In this document: one piece after another, positions 27,660-42,161 of the stretch | Layout: each line of letters begins with the position of its first letter | How positions within the stretch are numbered: the first letter of the stretch is position 1 | DNA from: Octopus sinensis | Lineage: Eukaryota | Assembly (NCBI RefSeq): GCF_006345805.1 | Contig: NC_042998.1 | Span: 44,516,001-44,580,000, forward strand | DNA length: 64,000 nucleotides | Direction: 5' to 3' | The notes under the pieces: model-generated | Databases searched by the model: none | The model's input: only the letters and a program-made list of their open reading frames with translations | What the model was told of the DNA's origin: nothing | Program-made: the position numbers and the translations under genes

Positions 27660-27725
<66 letters not shown>

Positions 27726-30700
27726 TAGAGAGAGAGAAATAGAGAGGGAGAGAGAGAGAGAGATGTATGTATTGCAGTAATAGAGTATAAATTTATATAA
27801 ATAGAATTGCTTTTACATTAAGAAAATATATCACATCATAATGATTTGAATTCAGATCATATGGCTGAAAAACATTTTTCGCCGCTCAAACACATCAACT
27901 CTAGTTTACTTAAATAGGAATAAAAGCACTCGATAAATTTGACACAGATAAAAAAAAACTTGTCAAATAATAAAAATAAAATCCTCTTTATTTCTATGAA
28001 AAAATAAATTTTAAAAAGAAGCAACTAATTTTAAATATTTTCTTCGGTCTAACACACAAGTTTATAAATTACTTCAAATTCTTCCAGTGAAGCAGAAAAG
28101 AAATAAATTGCAATAAACATCCTATTCTTAACAGCTATAGTGATACATACGCACATATACCTATAAGCACATACGCACGTATATACATAATTAATGCTAA
28201 AAAATAAATTATCAATCAATTAGTAGTACCTTATCTTAGGACGATAAAGCATCAGAAAATGTTGAGTGGTTACCTAAATACTTCAATTCCTCCCTCTACT
28301 TAATGAGTTAAAATTCTATCACAAAGGAATTATTATTCATCCATATGTTACCGATTAAATAGTTGTCAGCATTCTACTTCATGCAGTACAACTCTTTCCT
28401 TAAAATGTTAGCTTTGCCTGTAATTAAGACAGTGAAGAAACTGTATTTTCGAAAGAAGAAATACAAATAAATTAATAAGGGGTCTTATTAGATGGTGGAA
28501 ATAATTCATTGATAGGTTAATCACACGTTCAGATGTATTTTAGCATTGAAATGAGTAAACTTTCTTAAACTTATTCCTGCTTCTTACAACAATCATCTGT
28601 ACCAGCATATCATCTTCTAATTCCGAAAGGCCAACGAGAAATAGTCTTGCAGACCCCGCCCACAGCGTTGTTCTTCAAACGTTATATGACTGTTAACCTT
28701 TCGGTTCATATCATATCTGCCCGGTCAGCTCCAGTTTCACTTACATTTTTACATGTATATGTTCATATAAATGTATGTTTATATAAGTGTATTATGTATG
28801 TGTGTGTATTTGTATATGTGTGTACGTATGAGTATGCGAGGGAGTTAAACTGGGGAAGGATAAAGATTTATCAATATAAGTGCACTAATATAATTGGCAT
28901 GGAAGGTAACGAGCCTTGAAAGATTCATTATAATATCTAGTTTGTTGTCTAATGTTGTTAATGTTATCCGTGCCGCAATCGACTTCACCTTTTCAACCAA
29001 CTGAAATCAATAAAATATGTTCATCACGGTATGCTCGATTCAGTTGCATAGCCGTTCTGTAATAATATTGGCCTTGTGCTCAGAAGTAGAAATTATTATA
29101 TAAGTGCTATGAGAATGGATGTTTGTTTTACTCTCCGATAGGAAAACCAATTATAAATATTAGAAGTGTTTTCTTACTGTGTAGATTTACTGCTTCATAT
29201 TTTCTCTGAGGCGAAATTATTCGCAACTTATATCCTGGCTTATCTGGGCGAGATACTTTCATTCCCATAGTCTTATGCCATTGAGGAAAATGCAAACATA
29301 ACCGCCTCATTATGTATCGTTTTCTCCATTCATATCTTATAGATGTCACCTGTGTCTATCTAACGAATCCATTATGTGTAATTGTTAATGCGTGTTGCTA
29401 GAAAATAAAACCTACTATTTGTTAGGCTTTGTTTATTTAATGACTCGTTAGACATTCTAATAACAGCAATGAAAATTCTGATGATATCTGAACGAATAAA
29501 GTATAGGACAACCAATATATTACTCGATAATCTGTGTATCATCATCAATAATATGCTATTAACTTTCCAGTGTCTCAGCCCATGTAAATAAAAATATGCA
29601 GCACTGAGTAAACACGTCTTACTGTTGAAAGGAACAGTAACATTGAACAATCAAGAAATGTTTCCAGAGCTTACAATTTCGTTTATTCGCCGATCGTTCT
29701 CTTAAGTGTATGATGAAAACGACTAGAAACTATTTATTATAGTTTCGCTATAATTTATGATTTATACTTTGGATAAGAAGCAGCAATCCATGCCACTCAT
29801 CGCCGGATAGCAAAGTTACACTCATGTATGAAAGAGATAACATATTATGGTGAAATAAGCTTTCAAATGTATTTCTTAATGTTTAATCAGAGATTAGAAT
29901 AACATTATAATGTAAACAGAGAAATCTTACAATGTTTCAGCTACATATCTTATTAATAGAATGTTCCATGGCTAGTGGAATTATATTTTAATCACCACAG
30001 GACATTAATCCCATTCATACGTGTTTCATATTGTATCATCCAGACTAAACTAAAGTGAACTTTTTCTAGATTTCCTAATGTGGTGATTACAGCATTCAGT
30101 TTTATTGATTCTGTTAAAAGATAAATTGACTGTACCTGATTTGAACACAGTATATTATCACCGCAACCCTCAGAGATATTCAACATTTAATTGCTAATGT
30201 GAACATTACTAGTTCAATCAATTACTGAACCAATTAATTAATTGGTTCACTTACTGATTGAAAACAAAAGTACTTATCAGTGTACACTCTACTCATTCAG
30301 TTAGACTCTAATTTACCAGTTCAGATAAATATTATTGGTTTCAATCATTACTGTAATGATTGAATATACGGTTCTGATGGATTGGATATCATCATACTGT
30401 TCATCTCATGTTAGCTCTCATTAAAGAGACCTATGATCAAAGCGTTGGAGTCATGATCATCTTACTTTCAGACAGAGTATTCATTAGCTAATATTTCTTA
30501 CTTTTGAGTGTAGTAAGATGAGTGTGGTTTGAGGAGAACTTCAATGCTATTTCTAACAGACCGAACGACCACTGAGATACCCCATCATTGGCACATATAA
30601 TTCGCATATAAATTTAAGCACTGATCGAAAACGAACTGATAACCCTTCAGCTAAGTGATCTTACATTCAGCTTGGATTGCTGTAGACATTTAAATACAGT

Positions 30701-31103
30701 AAGGTTCACTCACCATCATATAATTTCTGTTACTATGGTACTTGTTTCCGTAGTATCTATTTTAGTAGCAACATCAGAGGAAATAAGCAAAAAATTATTT
30801 CCTATGACATTTTAAAATGTTTATGTTAATCAAATATTTAATCAATAATTTTACTTATCTTCTGTTGTATTTAGGTAGAATTCAATAAAAATATTTGTAG
30901 AACACTTATTTTTCGTTTAATTTTGCATTTAATAATGTTTAATTAGCCAGGTTGTTTTCTTCCGCTAATTAGAATAAAACTTCTGGAATAGAAGATAATG
31001 ACTATACTCCAATGGCGAATGTAACAAATCGAGAAGTTACGACATGGAAAAGTCAGGCAGTTTCAGAAACAGTCTTCCTTCTTTTGCAATTAAATAGCAG
31101 ACA

Positions 31104-32550
31104 TCTAATATCTATAAAATTGAAGTTCTGTGTGTGTGTGTATGTGGGGAAGGGGTGCAAAAAATTAATATGCCTCAATAACTTCTACTTCTTTCATCCG
31201 ATTTCTTTAAAATTTTATACACAGCTGCTTCATATCCTAGACCCGATATTAGTTTACTTAAATTTTTTAAAAATCGATATTGGAGCCTTATGAGCGATAG
31301 GAAACCAACAATAAATTATTCCTATTCATTTGCATTAATCAGTCGTTTTATAATATGTAGGGTCTTCCATACTTTTTAAATCTTTTTATAGAGGTGAAAG
31401 GAATTTGTCTATTTATTTCCATTGTCCACCAGCGTCGGTGATTAAATTGACAAGGAATACTGAACGCAAACATATACACAATTCTCAACCGACTTTCACT
31501 AAACTTTACACACACATTTATTATGCCCCAAGGATGGTCATGCACTAAGCATTTTGCCCAGAGCTCCCGCATAAATAGACCTAAACGTACTAGTTTTTTT
31601 TATGTAGGGTCTTCCATACTTTTCTAATCTTTTTTATGAAAGTGAAAGAAGTTTGTCTAATCACTTATTTCACTGTCCAGCGGCCACGGTGATTAAATTG
31701 GCTAGGAACACTTTACGCGATGAATATCTAATACCAAACAATCTTAATCTCCATATTTAAAATGCATTAAACTTTGGCAAGCTTACCTTTACCTATTCTG
31801 GGTTACTTAAAAGGTGATGTCCCCTTCCCTCTATTTGTTGATACTTTGTTTACCTGCCAATGCGTTGTTTCACTTCAAAGATGCTTATTTACCCATTCAT
31901 TATGCTATTTCGACTGTTGTCCATTGTTTCAAATACGGTTTATCATTGTCTTTCTAGCCTTTGTCTAAACAATCACATATAATTTGTCCCAAAGTATCAA
32001 TCGCTAAATATGAGTTTTGCTTCCCCTAACGAAAGCTATACATATCTTTCAGAAAGCTCCATGCCAATTTAAATTTTATGCAGTATTCGCTGTTAGTGTG
32101 TGCGCAGGCTATGTGGGAAAACAGAATAAAGAGGCTTTTGTTAGCTATCTCTCTGGAAAAAAATAGCCCCATTTGCTGTTGAAAAAAATAAAATTGCAGA
32201 GGGGAAGTTTCAATGTCTTCCTTCAATTTCATTACACCATTTATGTGGCTGTTTCTGGCAAGAAATCTCGCTTTCATGTAAAACAACTATATTTTGTAGT
32301 CATTTTCCGTAACCTTCTCCCAAAATACATCAGTAGCTCTACTTTGCATTGCTTGCAAAATATCTTCTATGATCATTAAACTTCAAAGACCTCTACGATA
32401 TCCAGCCTTCAATTTGATTTTCCGTTCCTATGTTAATCGGAAACGTAGATTGCCGCGCGACCCATAAACCTTTTTGGTACTTCAATTATTTGTTTAAAAA
32501 AATACCAACAAAGCAACTTAAACCGTCCAAAGGACGAGTACGTTTGCTAG
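31104..32550 (+). mobile_element. Probable non-autonomous Helitron
   Basis: Starts A|TC (TCTAATATCTATAAAATTGAAGTTCTG(TG)n), ends hairpin CGTCC-AAA-GGACG then CTAG|T; internal ~130-bp direct repeat (31352-31480 / 31601-31730); no TSD. Confidence 0.55.
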
Positions 32551-32987
32551 TTTATAATAAGATTTAAACCATATCCTATATGTAAATAGAATGTATCTCA
32601 TAAGTCTGAATATTGATTTCTCACATTGACACTATGACGTAAATTGTATGGCAGATGTATAGCTTTAATAGATCGATCTCAACACATGATTCATTCTTAT
32701 TTTATAGATGACAAAGGAGAAAAAGTAACACTGACACCGACAGTTTATACAAAGGAACATCTTTACTGCAAGAGAGACGTTCTCAAAATATTTTTCTGAC
32801 GTACCCCAAAACTGTTAGACATAATGAGAAGATGTTTTAGGATATCCTTTATGGATAACATAACCTAGATAACTCTTTATATTCTCTCATGGATACAAAA
32901 AAACAAGTCATGTATAATTCGTTATAAATTAAATTTGTAAGTCAAGGTTTCCCAATAGTATATTTGATAATACATTTTTCATTAGTA

Positions 32988-33125
32988 TTAGGTGTAGGCA
33001 TGGCTATGTCAGTAAGGGTCTCGACTTGCAAGCATATGGTTTCGGGTTCAGTTGTAAGGTATGGCAATTTGTGTGAATGCCTTGTGAGTTAATTTTGTTG
33101 ACGAAAACTGTGAAGTATATATATA
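32988..33125 (+). mobile_element. Degraded SINE family A head with internal deletion
   Basis: AGGTGTAGGCATGGCTATG...TGGTTTCGGGTTCAG...GCCTTGTGAGT...GAAAACTG. Confidence 0.6.
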
Positions 33126-33182
33126 TAAAGGAAAATAGGACAAGGCACAAAATGCTAAAATAATTTTAACGAGAAGAACGTT

Positions 33183-33220
33183 TTAGTACCGGTTTCAGAC
33201 TTTGCGACTTTTTCAGCTTA
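33183..33220 (-). ncRNA. Degenerate hammerhead motif
   Basis: TAAG-CTGAAAA-AGTC-GCAAA-GTCT-GAAAC-CG-GTA-CTAA; G8 lost, helix II imperfect, palindromic ACCGGT helix III. Confidence 0.35.
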
Positions 33221-33332
33221 GAGTAAAGCATGAAAGATAATTAAGTTGTGGAAAAATTAAATGAACTATTGTTTTTTTAAATATTTCCATAGTTTTCAAA
33301 TACATGGGACATTTTCCTTTTTCCTGTCTCTA

Positions 33333-33544
33333 GAGGGGGAAAATTCTAAGGTTGGGTTGTCCGTTAGTGGCGCAAATGTCGATGTGTTTGCTGAATGCTA
33401 TTTTTCTGTATTCCCGAATTTTAGTCTGGTGTCTATGTAAGATCATTCTACACAGATTCCAAAAGACGACACTACATAGATCCCAGATTAAAATTCGAAG
33501 CAAACACACTAACGAACAATCCAACTTCAGAATGTTTTTCCCTC
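33333..33544. mobile_element. Foldback MITE with TA target-site duplication (Tc1/mariner-type)
   Basis: TA|GAGGG...CCCTC|TA; arms GAGGGGGAAAATTCTAAGGTTGGGTTGTCCGTTAGTG versus CACTAACGAACAATCCAACTTCAGAATGTTTTTCCCTC; left arm has two small insertions. Confidence 0.7.
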
Positions 33545-34340
33545 TATAAATTCAGGGATGATGCAACCTTTAATCAGTGCATTAGTAAAGTGTCATACTT
33601 TATCGCAAAATATAAACCCCTTTTGAATGCTTCCACCACAAATGACACCACTACAAGTGTCTTAGAATAATACGCACGCAAATATCAGAAACGATATATT
33701 CAGAATAGTCACTACCCATGAATTTATTCAGAACAATTCTAATAACTACTACTACAACCACAACAAGTCACTTTTAGATCACTTGTCCATTTACGAAAAC
33801 TCTATAAACAGTTTATTACTATCAAACCACTCCCGTCTTTTTCTTATTCTTTCTCTTCTTTCCATTTCCTCCTCCTTCTTCTTCTTTCTCTTCTTCTTCT
33901 TCTTCTTTGCAGTCTCCTTCCGCGGCTACTGCTGCTTAAACAATGAAAGCCAAGAACCCACATCCCTCATTTTAAATATTTCTTCAGATCTGCTACTACT
34001 TACCCACCGAGTCTTCACAAAAGTACAAGAGAGAGAGAGAAAGAGAGACAGACAGATAGACAGACAGAAAAAAGGAAAATGTCCAATGTAATTGAAAACT
34101 ATGGAAATAATTTTAAAAAACATTTCATTAAATTTTTCCACAATTTAATTGTCGTTCATGCTTTACTCGAAGTTGAAATAGTCGCAAAGACTGAAACCAC
34201 TACCAAATTTTCTTCATGATAAAATTATTTTAGCATTTTCTACATTGTCCTATTTTCCTTATACATATCAACTCGTGTCTTGCTTTTCGAACTTCTACAC
34301 ACACATATATATGTATGTATCTATCTATATGTATGTATAT

Positions 34341-34654
34341 GTGATCACTGTGATCACTGTGATCGACCAGGCTATCAGATGTTGCTACACATCGCTGGTC
34401 ACAATGCGCTTCGCATTGTTTTAGCCTCCAAATGATGCCACCCCGCTGGCTAAGCGAGCAGGCCAACAGAAGAAAGACTGAGAGAAAGTTGTAGCGAAAG
34501 AGTACAGCAGGGATCGTCACCATCCCCTGCCGGAGCCTCGTGGAGCTTTAGGTGTTTTCGCTCAATAAACACTCACAACGCCTGGTCTGAGAATCGAAAC
34601 CGCGATCCTACGACCGCGAGTCCGCTGCCCTAACCACTGGGCCATTGCGCCTCC
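34341..34654 (-). mobile_element. tRNA-derived SINE family C
   Basis: Minus strand GGAGGCGCAATGGCCCAGTGGTTAGGGCAGCGGACTCGCGGTCGTAGGATCGCGGTTTCGATTC (A and B boxes), tail (GATCACAGT)n; related tail fragment at ~14800-14870. Confidence 0.88.
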
Positions 34655-35567
34655 GTATGTATATGTATGTACGTGAATGTATGTGCGAGTATGCGTGCTT
34701 GTTTCTCTTTCCCACATACACAATCATTTGACAACCAGTGTAGGTTCGTTTATATCCACGAAATATAGCAGCTCGTTAAAGAGACAGGCTGATCTAACTT
34801 CAAAAATAAATACTTGTATCTATGAACTCAACTAAACCCTTCAAGGTGGTGTCCTAGCATGGCTGCAGTCCACAGACTGACATAGATAAAGGATAAAAGA
34901 CTATTCAATAAATCAGTTGAGATTACTTTAAATTTTCAGTGCTTTTTCATATCTGACATAGTCGCGAACTTTCTATTGTGTACCATAGTCCAAAAACCCT
35001 TGGTATGGAGCGTTTGCTGCGGCGTTTTTTACTTATCTGTACTTCACCACTGATCCTGATATTGCTTCTGATATTCTAAGAGTTTGATTTATGAAGAGTA
35101 AATCCACATTGCCGTTATTTCTGGTATCAAACTCTGGAACAAGCTTACAACAGTTTTATTCTTCTTCGGGTGACTGTAGCTGTAATATTAGGCCTAAGGA
35201 CTGAACTGGTACTTATTTTATCGACTATAGAACAATTTTTGGTAAAGCCAATACTGAACATAAATGAAAACTGCAAGATATGTCTATGATTCTCCACAGA
35301 TCATGTCATTCATTGCCTTAAGGCAGTTAATTAATAAAGTAATAAGATAACTTATATCAATCAAGACAACCATAATGAGTACGCGAAAGAGTGAAGACTG
35401 TACTTTGGAATAACGAGAAACAAATTACTTTTGAAACCCATATATATTTACCTGTCTATTTATCAATCGATCGTTATATTTATCGGTCTGGTTTTCTCTC
35501 TCCCTCAGTCTCTCTCTCTCTCTCTCTCTCTAACTCAATCTCTCTCACCCCGTCTTTCTCTCTCTTT

Positions 35568-35624
<57 letters not shown>

Positions 35625-36185
35625 ACCATAAATACATAGATACTCAGAAAGACATTCATACACACACAAATACGCACACACACTCGTATGTCTGTGTGTG
35701 AGTGTGTGTACGTATGTATGTATGTATATTTGTATTTATACAGAGAGAGACAAAGGGAGGAAAAAATATATATTCGAAAGCAGATTGCTGGTTCTGATGT
35801 ATGCAACGAAAACTACTTTCATGAATGGTTTTAACAACTTCTGAACAGTGTCAGTGTCAGAAAGAAAGAAAAAAAAGCTGCTTAGATTTCCGAAAGAACA
35901 AGTTACTTATTAGACATGAGAAGAAACAGTGTATCAAATAAATAAATTTTAAAAAATGATCAACTATTCCTGTCAATACTCTACGGGTAACAAATTCGTA
36001 CTGTAGCTCCAAGCAAATGAAGACTTCGCGCAATTTCATTCCCAATAGGAAACACTTTACATTAATTCACTATCGACTCTTGTTAAAGCTATTTCATCTA
36101 CCTTACAGTTAACAATCTTCCATGTAGGTTCAAGAAGAAAAATACGCACTCATACAAACATGCACATACATCTATATCTACACAT

Positions 36186-36278
<93 letters not shown>

Positions 36279-38107
36279 ATGATATGGAACTTTACATTCT
36301 ATTGATTAGAGAGATATAATTATTAGATCGACAAATGAGAGTTTTTTTCCAGTGTTTGACCGTTTGCTGAGCTGCCAAGGGAGAAACTGATATTTTCTGA
36401 TGTAAAAAAAAGATCTGTGTGTGTGCGCATGTGTATGTATATGTGTCTATTTGTGAGTATGAATGTATGTATATTTGTATTTAAAGGAAGCTAGATGAGA
36501 AGGAGAGAAGAAGAAATAGAGTAAACACTTATTCAAAACTTGCCCGGTAACCCTCCAATAAAATATATTTGGCATGCTCAATATTTTTGCGCAGACAGAA
36601 GCAAACCTCTGAACTTGTGACTGAAACTTACGTTGAGCTGGAGTAGTGTACCGACTGTAATTTTATGATTAATGGATTTGTTTCAGTGGTGAAGTTCATT
36701 TTGAGACGCGCACTGGGTTTATCGCCCTGCTGTATCTGGACACTGTAATATGTCTGTAAGAAAAGAAAAAAAAGTTGTGAAAAGGCGCGTAGTTTTGATT
36801 CTTATCTTAAAACTGCTGATATTGTTTAACCTTTGGATGTTTCAATGGCCTTGGGTATGCCATGACATTCCGAAAATTCCATTTGTTCTTATATCAAAAA
36901 GTGGGAAAATTATCCGACAAAAAGGTTACAATTTTTTGTAGAAACGAGTCGGACCAAACATAGTTTGCGTCACGGGTTCGTTTCTATATTGGCGCATTTT
37001 AATTAACATACCATTGTAACATTGACGAGAGAGAAATAAATGCTTGTATTGATGAGTTGTAATTTCTTTGACTAAATCCCTATTATCGTGTCTGTATTGA
37101 AAAAAAAAAAATCAATATTTTTGCCGAAACAATATATTTAGGGTATATGCATGAAAAACATAAATTCAGAGTAAAAAGGTGATATAATGTAAAGTCTGGT
37201 AAGATTTATGAAAGGAAAGATAGTGACCTAAATAAATAATTGAAGTAGGTACAACATGTGTATCTCTATTGACTTTAAAATATAATCATCGATTTTGAAA
37301 TACATGAGCATTTGTATATGGCTTAACTCAACATTCGACAACGAAATAATGTTTATTAGTCAAGATTTTTTTCGTTCAAACAAATGACGTATTGTTTATA
37401 GTTGGCGACAGATGGACTGAATGTAAATTATATAATTCATAGAATAGAACTGAATAATAAACTGATCTGTAATTTGATTTTATATCAGACACAATATTGA
37501 ATACATTTGAGGTTACTGTTTTGAATTTATGGGTAGGGATTAATCTTCAGCATAGACCTTCGGTTGAGTTTGTCTCTGACGCTTCGTATAGACTTAATTG
37601 CATTACTGATATATTCTTTTGCATTTAAATAAATCATTTCAAATGTCTGTCTTTTCTGTACATACTCACACACAAATACATGTACATACAAACATTTAAA
37701 TGCTTATGAATGGGTGAGTAGTCATGTGTACGTGTGGGTGGGTGTATATGTGTGGCTATATGAGTAGCAATTTAATAATTTAAACATGTTTTTTTAAAAC
37801 TTTTTAAGCTCTCTTAAATCAGTTATGATGGTAAATATATTTAATAGACATTGATTCGGTAAACGTTAATTTTGAACATTTCTATATTAATGCAAAGAGG
37901 GAAATAATGAGCCATGGTTTTATAGAAGACTCGAAGTCTTACTGAAGGCAAATTGGATAAAGCATTTTGAATGGACTCATAGTAAAGCACAAAAGTGTGG
38001 ATGAAGGAGGGTATCGAGAGAAATCAGGCTGAGCGAGTTCCATTGAACACTTTAAGATACAGAGACGGCTGTAGTAACGATAGAAGAGATACAGAGTGCG
38101 AGTCAAT

Positions 38108-38459
38108 GCTGCTGCTGATGCTGAGATCCCCTTCGGTCATGATGACCATGGATTGCACCTAGAAAGTTACCCTCCAAGGCAGGCACAAGTCCAGGCAAGG
38201 TTGTTTCTGGAAGACCGGCAGTTGCCCATGCATACCGGCCTCCCCTCTCCACGTCACCAATGTTATCCAAGGGAAAGGCAAAGGCCGATACAGCTTCGCA
38301 ACTGTGACGTGGCAAGTCATTTCTACAGCTGAGTGAACTGGAGCAACGTGAAATAAAGTGTCTTGCTCAAGAACACAACACGCACCCGGTCTGGAATTCG
38401 AACTCACAACCTCACGATCGAAAGCTCGATGCTCTAACCACTGAGTCATGCGCCTTCAC
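38108..38459 (-). mobile_element. tRNA-derived SINE family D with 17-bp target-site duplication
   Basis: TSD ACAGAGTGCGAGTCAAT at 38091-38107 and 38460-38476; head GGCGCATGACTCAGTGGTTAGAGC..GTTCGAATTCC; short CAG-type tail; partial copy at 55690-55800. Confidence 0.92.
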
Positions 38460-38559
38460 ACAGAGTGCGAGTCAATAGTGGTAAATGATTGTGAAGTTTG
38501 ACAACGTACTGCTCATTATTCTGATTACTATTGATACTAATGATTAATTGGGAACTGTA

Positions 38560-38690
38560 CTGACTGGATGAATTACATTGAATGTTGCAAACTTTGCCAC
38601 ATGGTGTGCATTGATTTACGTATATTGTGTTTGCTGTTGTGCACTGGAGGAATAGAAATGAACTGAGACATTTATTCTCTATAGACTGGC
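38560..38690 (-). mobile_element. Possible PLE GIY-YIG endonuclease remnant
   Basis: FLQCTTANTIYVNQCTPCGK resembles the PLE motif FxCxSxNVIYxIxCxxCxKxYxG. Confidence 0.4.
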
Positions 38691-39329
38691 GTACATTCCG
38701 TAGGAATTGCAATGCTTCTACGAAGTGACGTACACTGTACTCGAGCAGTAAACTCTGTTCGTTGACGTGTTCTGTAATGATTGGTGTAAAATTGACGTAA
38801 AACAAGCATGTGCGTTGTATATCGATTAAATCAAATACTACAAGAATCGTATAGTACTAATTGGTGAAAACTGCACTGACTTTTCTATGTTAAGTAATAT
38901 TGGTTGACGTATTTTTATATCTTTATTGCCCTTATCGTCTCCAATGCCTCAAGTTCACACGCAACAAGAAATTTTACTGGATATCAATACAAGTCATTGT
39001 GTTATGTGTATAGTTGGAGATATGTGTTTCTATATGCGTAGATTTCCTTTAGAATTGTATAGACTTTCGTGCACTTGCTGCTCATTTAAGTATATATTCT
39101 GCGTGGATTTATGCGTGGATGATTCATTCATTACTCTGAGAATATTTTCTGGCGTGCTTATATTTTGCAATTTAGATTGAGTACATTTACGCTACTTCAA
39201 AACTATACCTCTACGCCTGAAAAGATACAACTGACCGAACCAACAAGAGGTATCTCCGCTGTCCCTTAACCTGTTAGAAATAGCAACCAAATCCCTTTCA
39301 GAAATATACCACCTTCGAGTAATATGTTT

Positions 39330-39600
39330 CTACACACACAGCTCCCGAAGGAAAGATGGAATCAGTTGTATGGACCCCATAATTCTGTTCCATCAGGACT
39401 GACACGGGGGAAAACCACAAAACGAACTCCAATGTAACCTCCATCATCTGAAAATCTTTTTCGGTGACCTACTATGTATAACATAACTGTTCAAAAAAAG
39501 GTTTTCCTAATTTACAAGTACACCGATTTTGGATACCACTCGGATACCTGGGCCGGTACATTGACTGCATAATCATATTCTACATACCAGCAATTCTACT
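39330..39600 (+). mobile_element. Possible PLE reverse transcriptase remnant
   Basis: Collinear FYTHS...KDGI (cf. LYTNIP..DGI), KRTPM..PSSENLF (cf. GTAMG..PS.ANLF), LGRYIDCIII (cf. W.RYIDD.F). Confidence 0.45.
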
Positions 39601-40074
39601 CGATACACAAGATTTGAGCAAAAAATACACAGCAATCACTTTCTTCAGAGACGATACACTCCTACTATTGCTATTAAAAATGGTATCCGCCCATCTGAAG
39701 TTTGCAGCGTTGCCAATTTTAACAAAACGCAGCTGTTAAACGATTCACAGAATTCTTCGTCATTTTATTAAATGAATGCAACATATACCATGTTCTAAAT
39801 ACCAATCCAGTCCATTTTTTTCTTTACCAGATTTGCAGCCTAGTGGAAATCCACTTCCAAGTAAAACTCAACTGTGTGAACTTTATTGGTCTGAAAGGAT
39901 TAGTAGTGGTTAATAACATCAGCATTCTTCCTCACACTACTTAATAAAATATGCATTTTGTATGCATCTAGATTAATGAGCGTGTAAACATACACACACA
40001 CACACACATACATGTATATATATATATATATATACATGTATGTGTGTGTGTGTATAGATATCACTATATATATA

Positions 40075-40121
<47 letters not shown>

Positions 40122-40298
40122 TATGTGCATATATATATAGTGATATCTTATGTATCGTTAACTGGAGATTCGGATATCTGTAATTGAAGAGTTCAAATCT
40201 ATTCCAGAATTATCCTTGTCATTAACAGCCGTTTATGGTAGGGGTCGATCAAATGAAAAACCACTGAATTGGTTTAGCAACTATGATTTCAATAATTT

Positions 40299-40507
40299 AA
40301 TATTGGTTTCTAATTTGGCACAAGGCCAGCAATTTCAGTGGAGGAGATAAGTAGATTACAACAACGACCCCAGTGCTCAACTGGTACTTATTTTATCGAC
40401 CATGAAAGGATGAATGGCAAAAATCGTACTCGGCGGAATTTGAACCCAAAACGCAAAAACCGGCGAAATGCCGGTAAGCATTTTGCCCGACTTTGCTAAC
40501 GATTCTA
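40299..40507 (-). mobile_element. SINE family B (alternative tail)
   Basis: TGGTACTTATTTTATCGAC..GAAAGGATGAA..CTCGGCGGAATTTGAAC. Confidence 0.85.
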
Positions 40508-40583
40508 TAGTCTAAAATTAATATACATATATGTGTGTGTGTGTGTCTGTATGTGTCTGTTTTACATACATGCATGCATTCAT

Positions 40584-41055
40584 AAAAACCATCTCAAAGA
40601 TTACTGGTCGAATATTCCATTCAAACCGTCAGTGAAATTTAAACAAAATTTGCTGGATATTGTCGTTTGGGACAGAGGGGCAAAGGTCATAGAGGTGAGC
40701 TGCCCTGCAGATATAAATATCTCTGAAAAATCAAAGAAAAAAGGATATCTATGGACAACTGTTTCGAAACCTCCAGCTTCTATATCCAGATTATGAATTC
40801 ATATTCATACCAATAATAATTGTTAGTAAAAGCTTAAAGAAGAATCTGGATAAACTGGGATTTTCAGAAAGAGAAATCGACCGGCTAATTCGTACATTAA
40901 GAGTGCAATCTGTGAGTGGAACAGTAAAATTATGCAAGACTTTTCCCAATTTGCAATGTGAATTTGTCTATGTGAACTACATCCCAAAGATGTAGCTTTG
41001 TCTCTATTGGAAACCGTCTCCCTTCTAAGTGGAAGATTAAAAAATAGAAGAGACG
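40584..41055 (+). mobile_element. R4-like retrotransposon 3' fragment (RLE C-terminus + 3' UTR), lineage distinct from families A and B
   Basis: WSNIPFKPSVKFKQNLLDIVVWDRGAKVIEVSCPADINISEK, YGQLFRNLQLLYPDYEFIFIPIII; ends in (TACA)n; CATA-like repeat also at the 5' side. Confidence 0.8.

Positions 41056-42161
<1,106 letters not shown>

Noticed and set aside
34590-34654. tRNA genes at SINE heads (also 38390-38459, 10800-10870)
   Set aside because: A/B boxes are present but run into SINE bodies, with no complete acceptor stem or Pol III terminator
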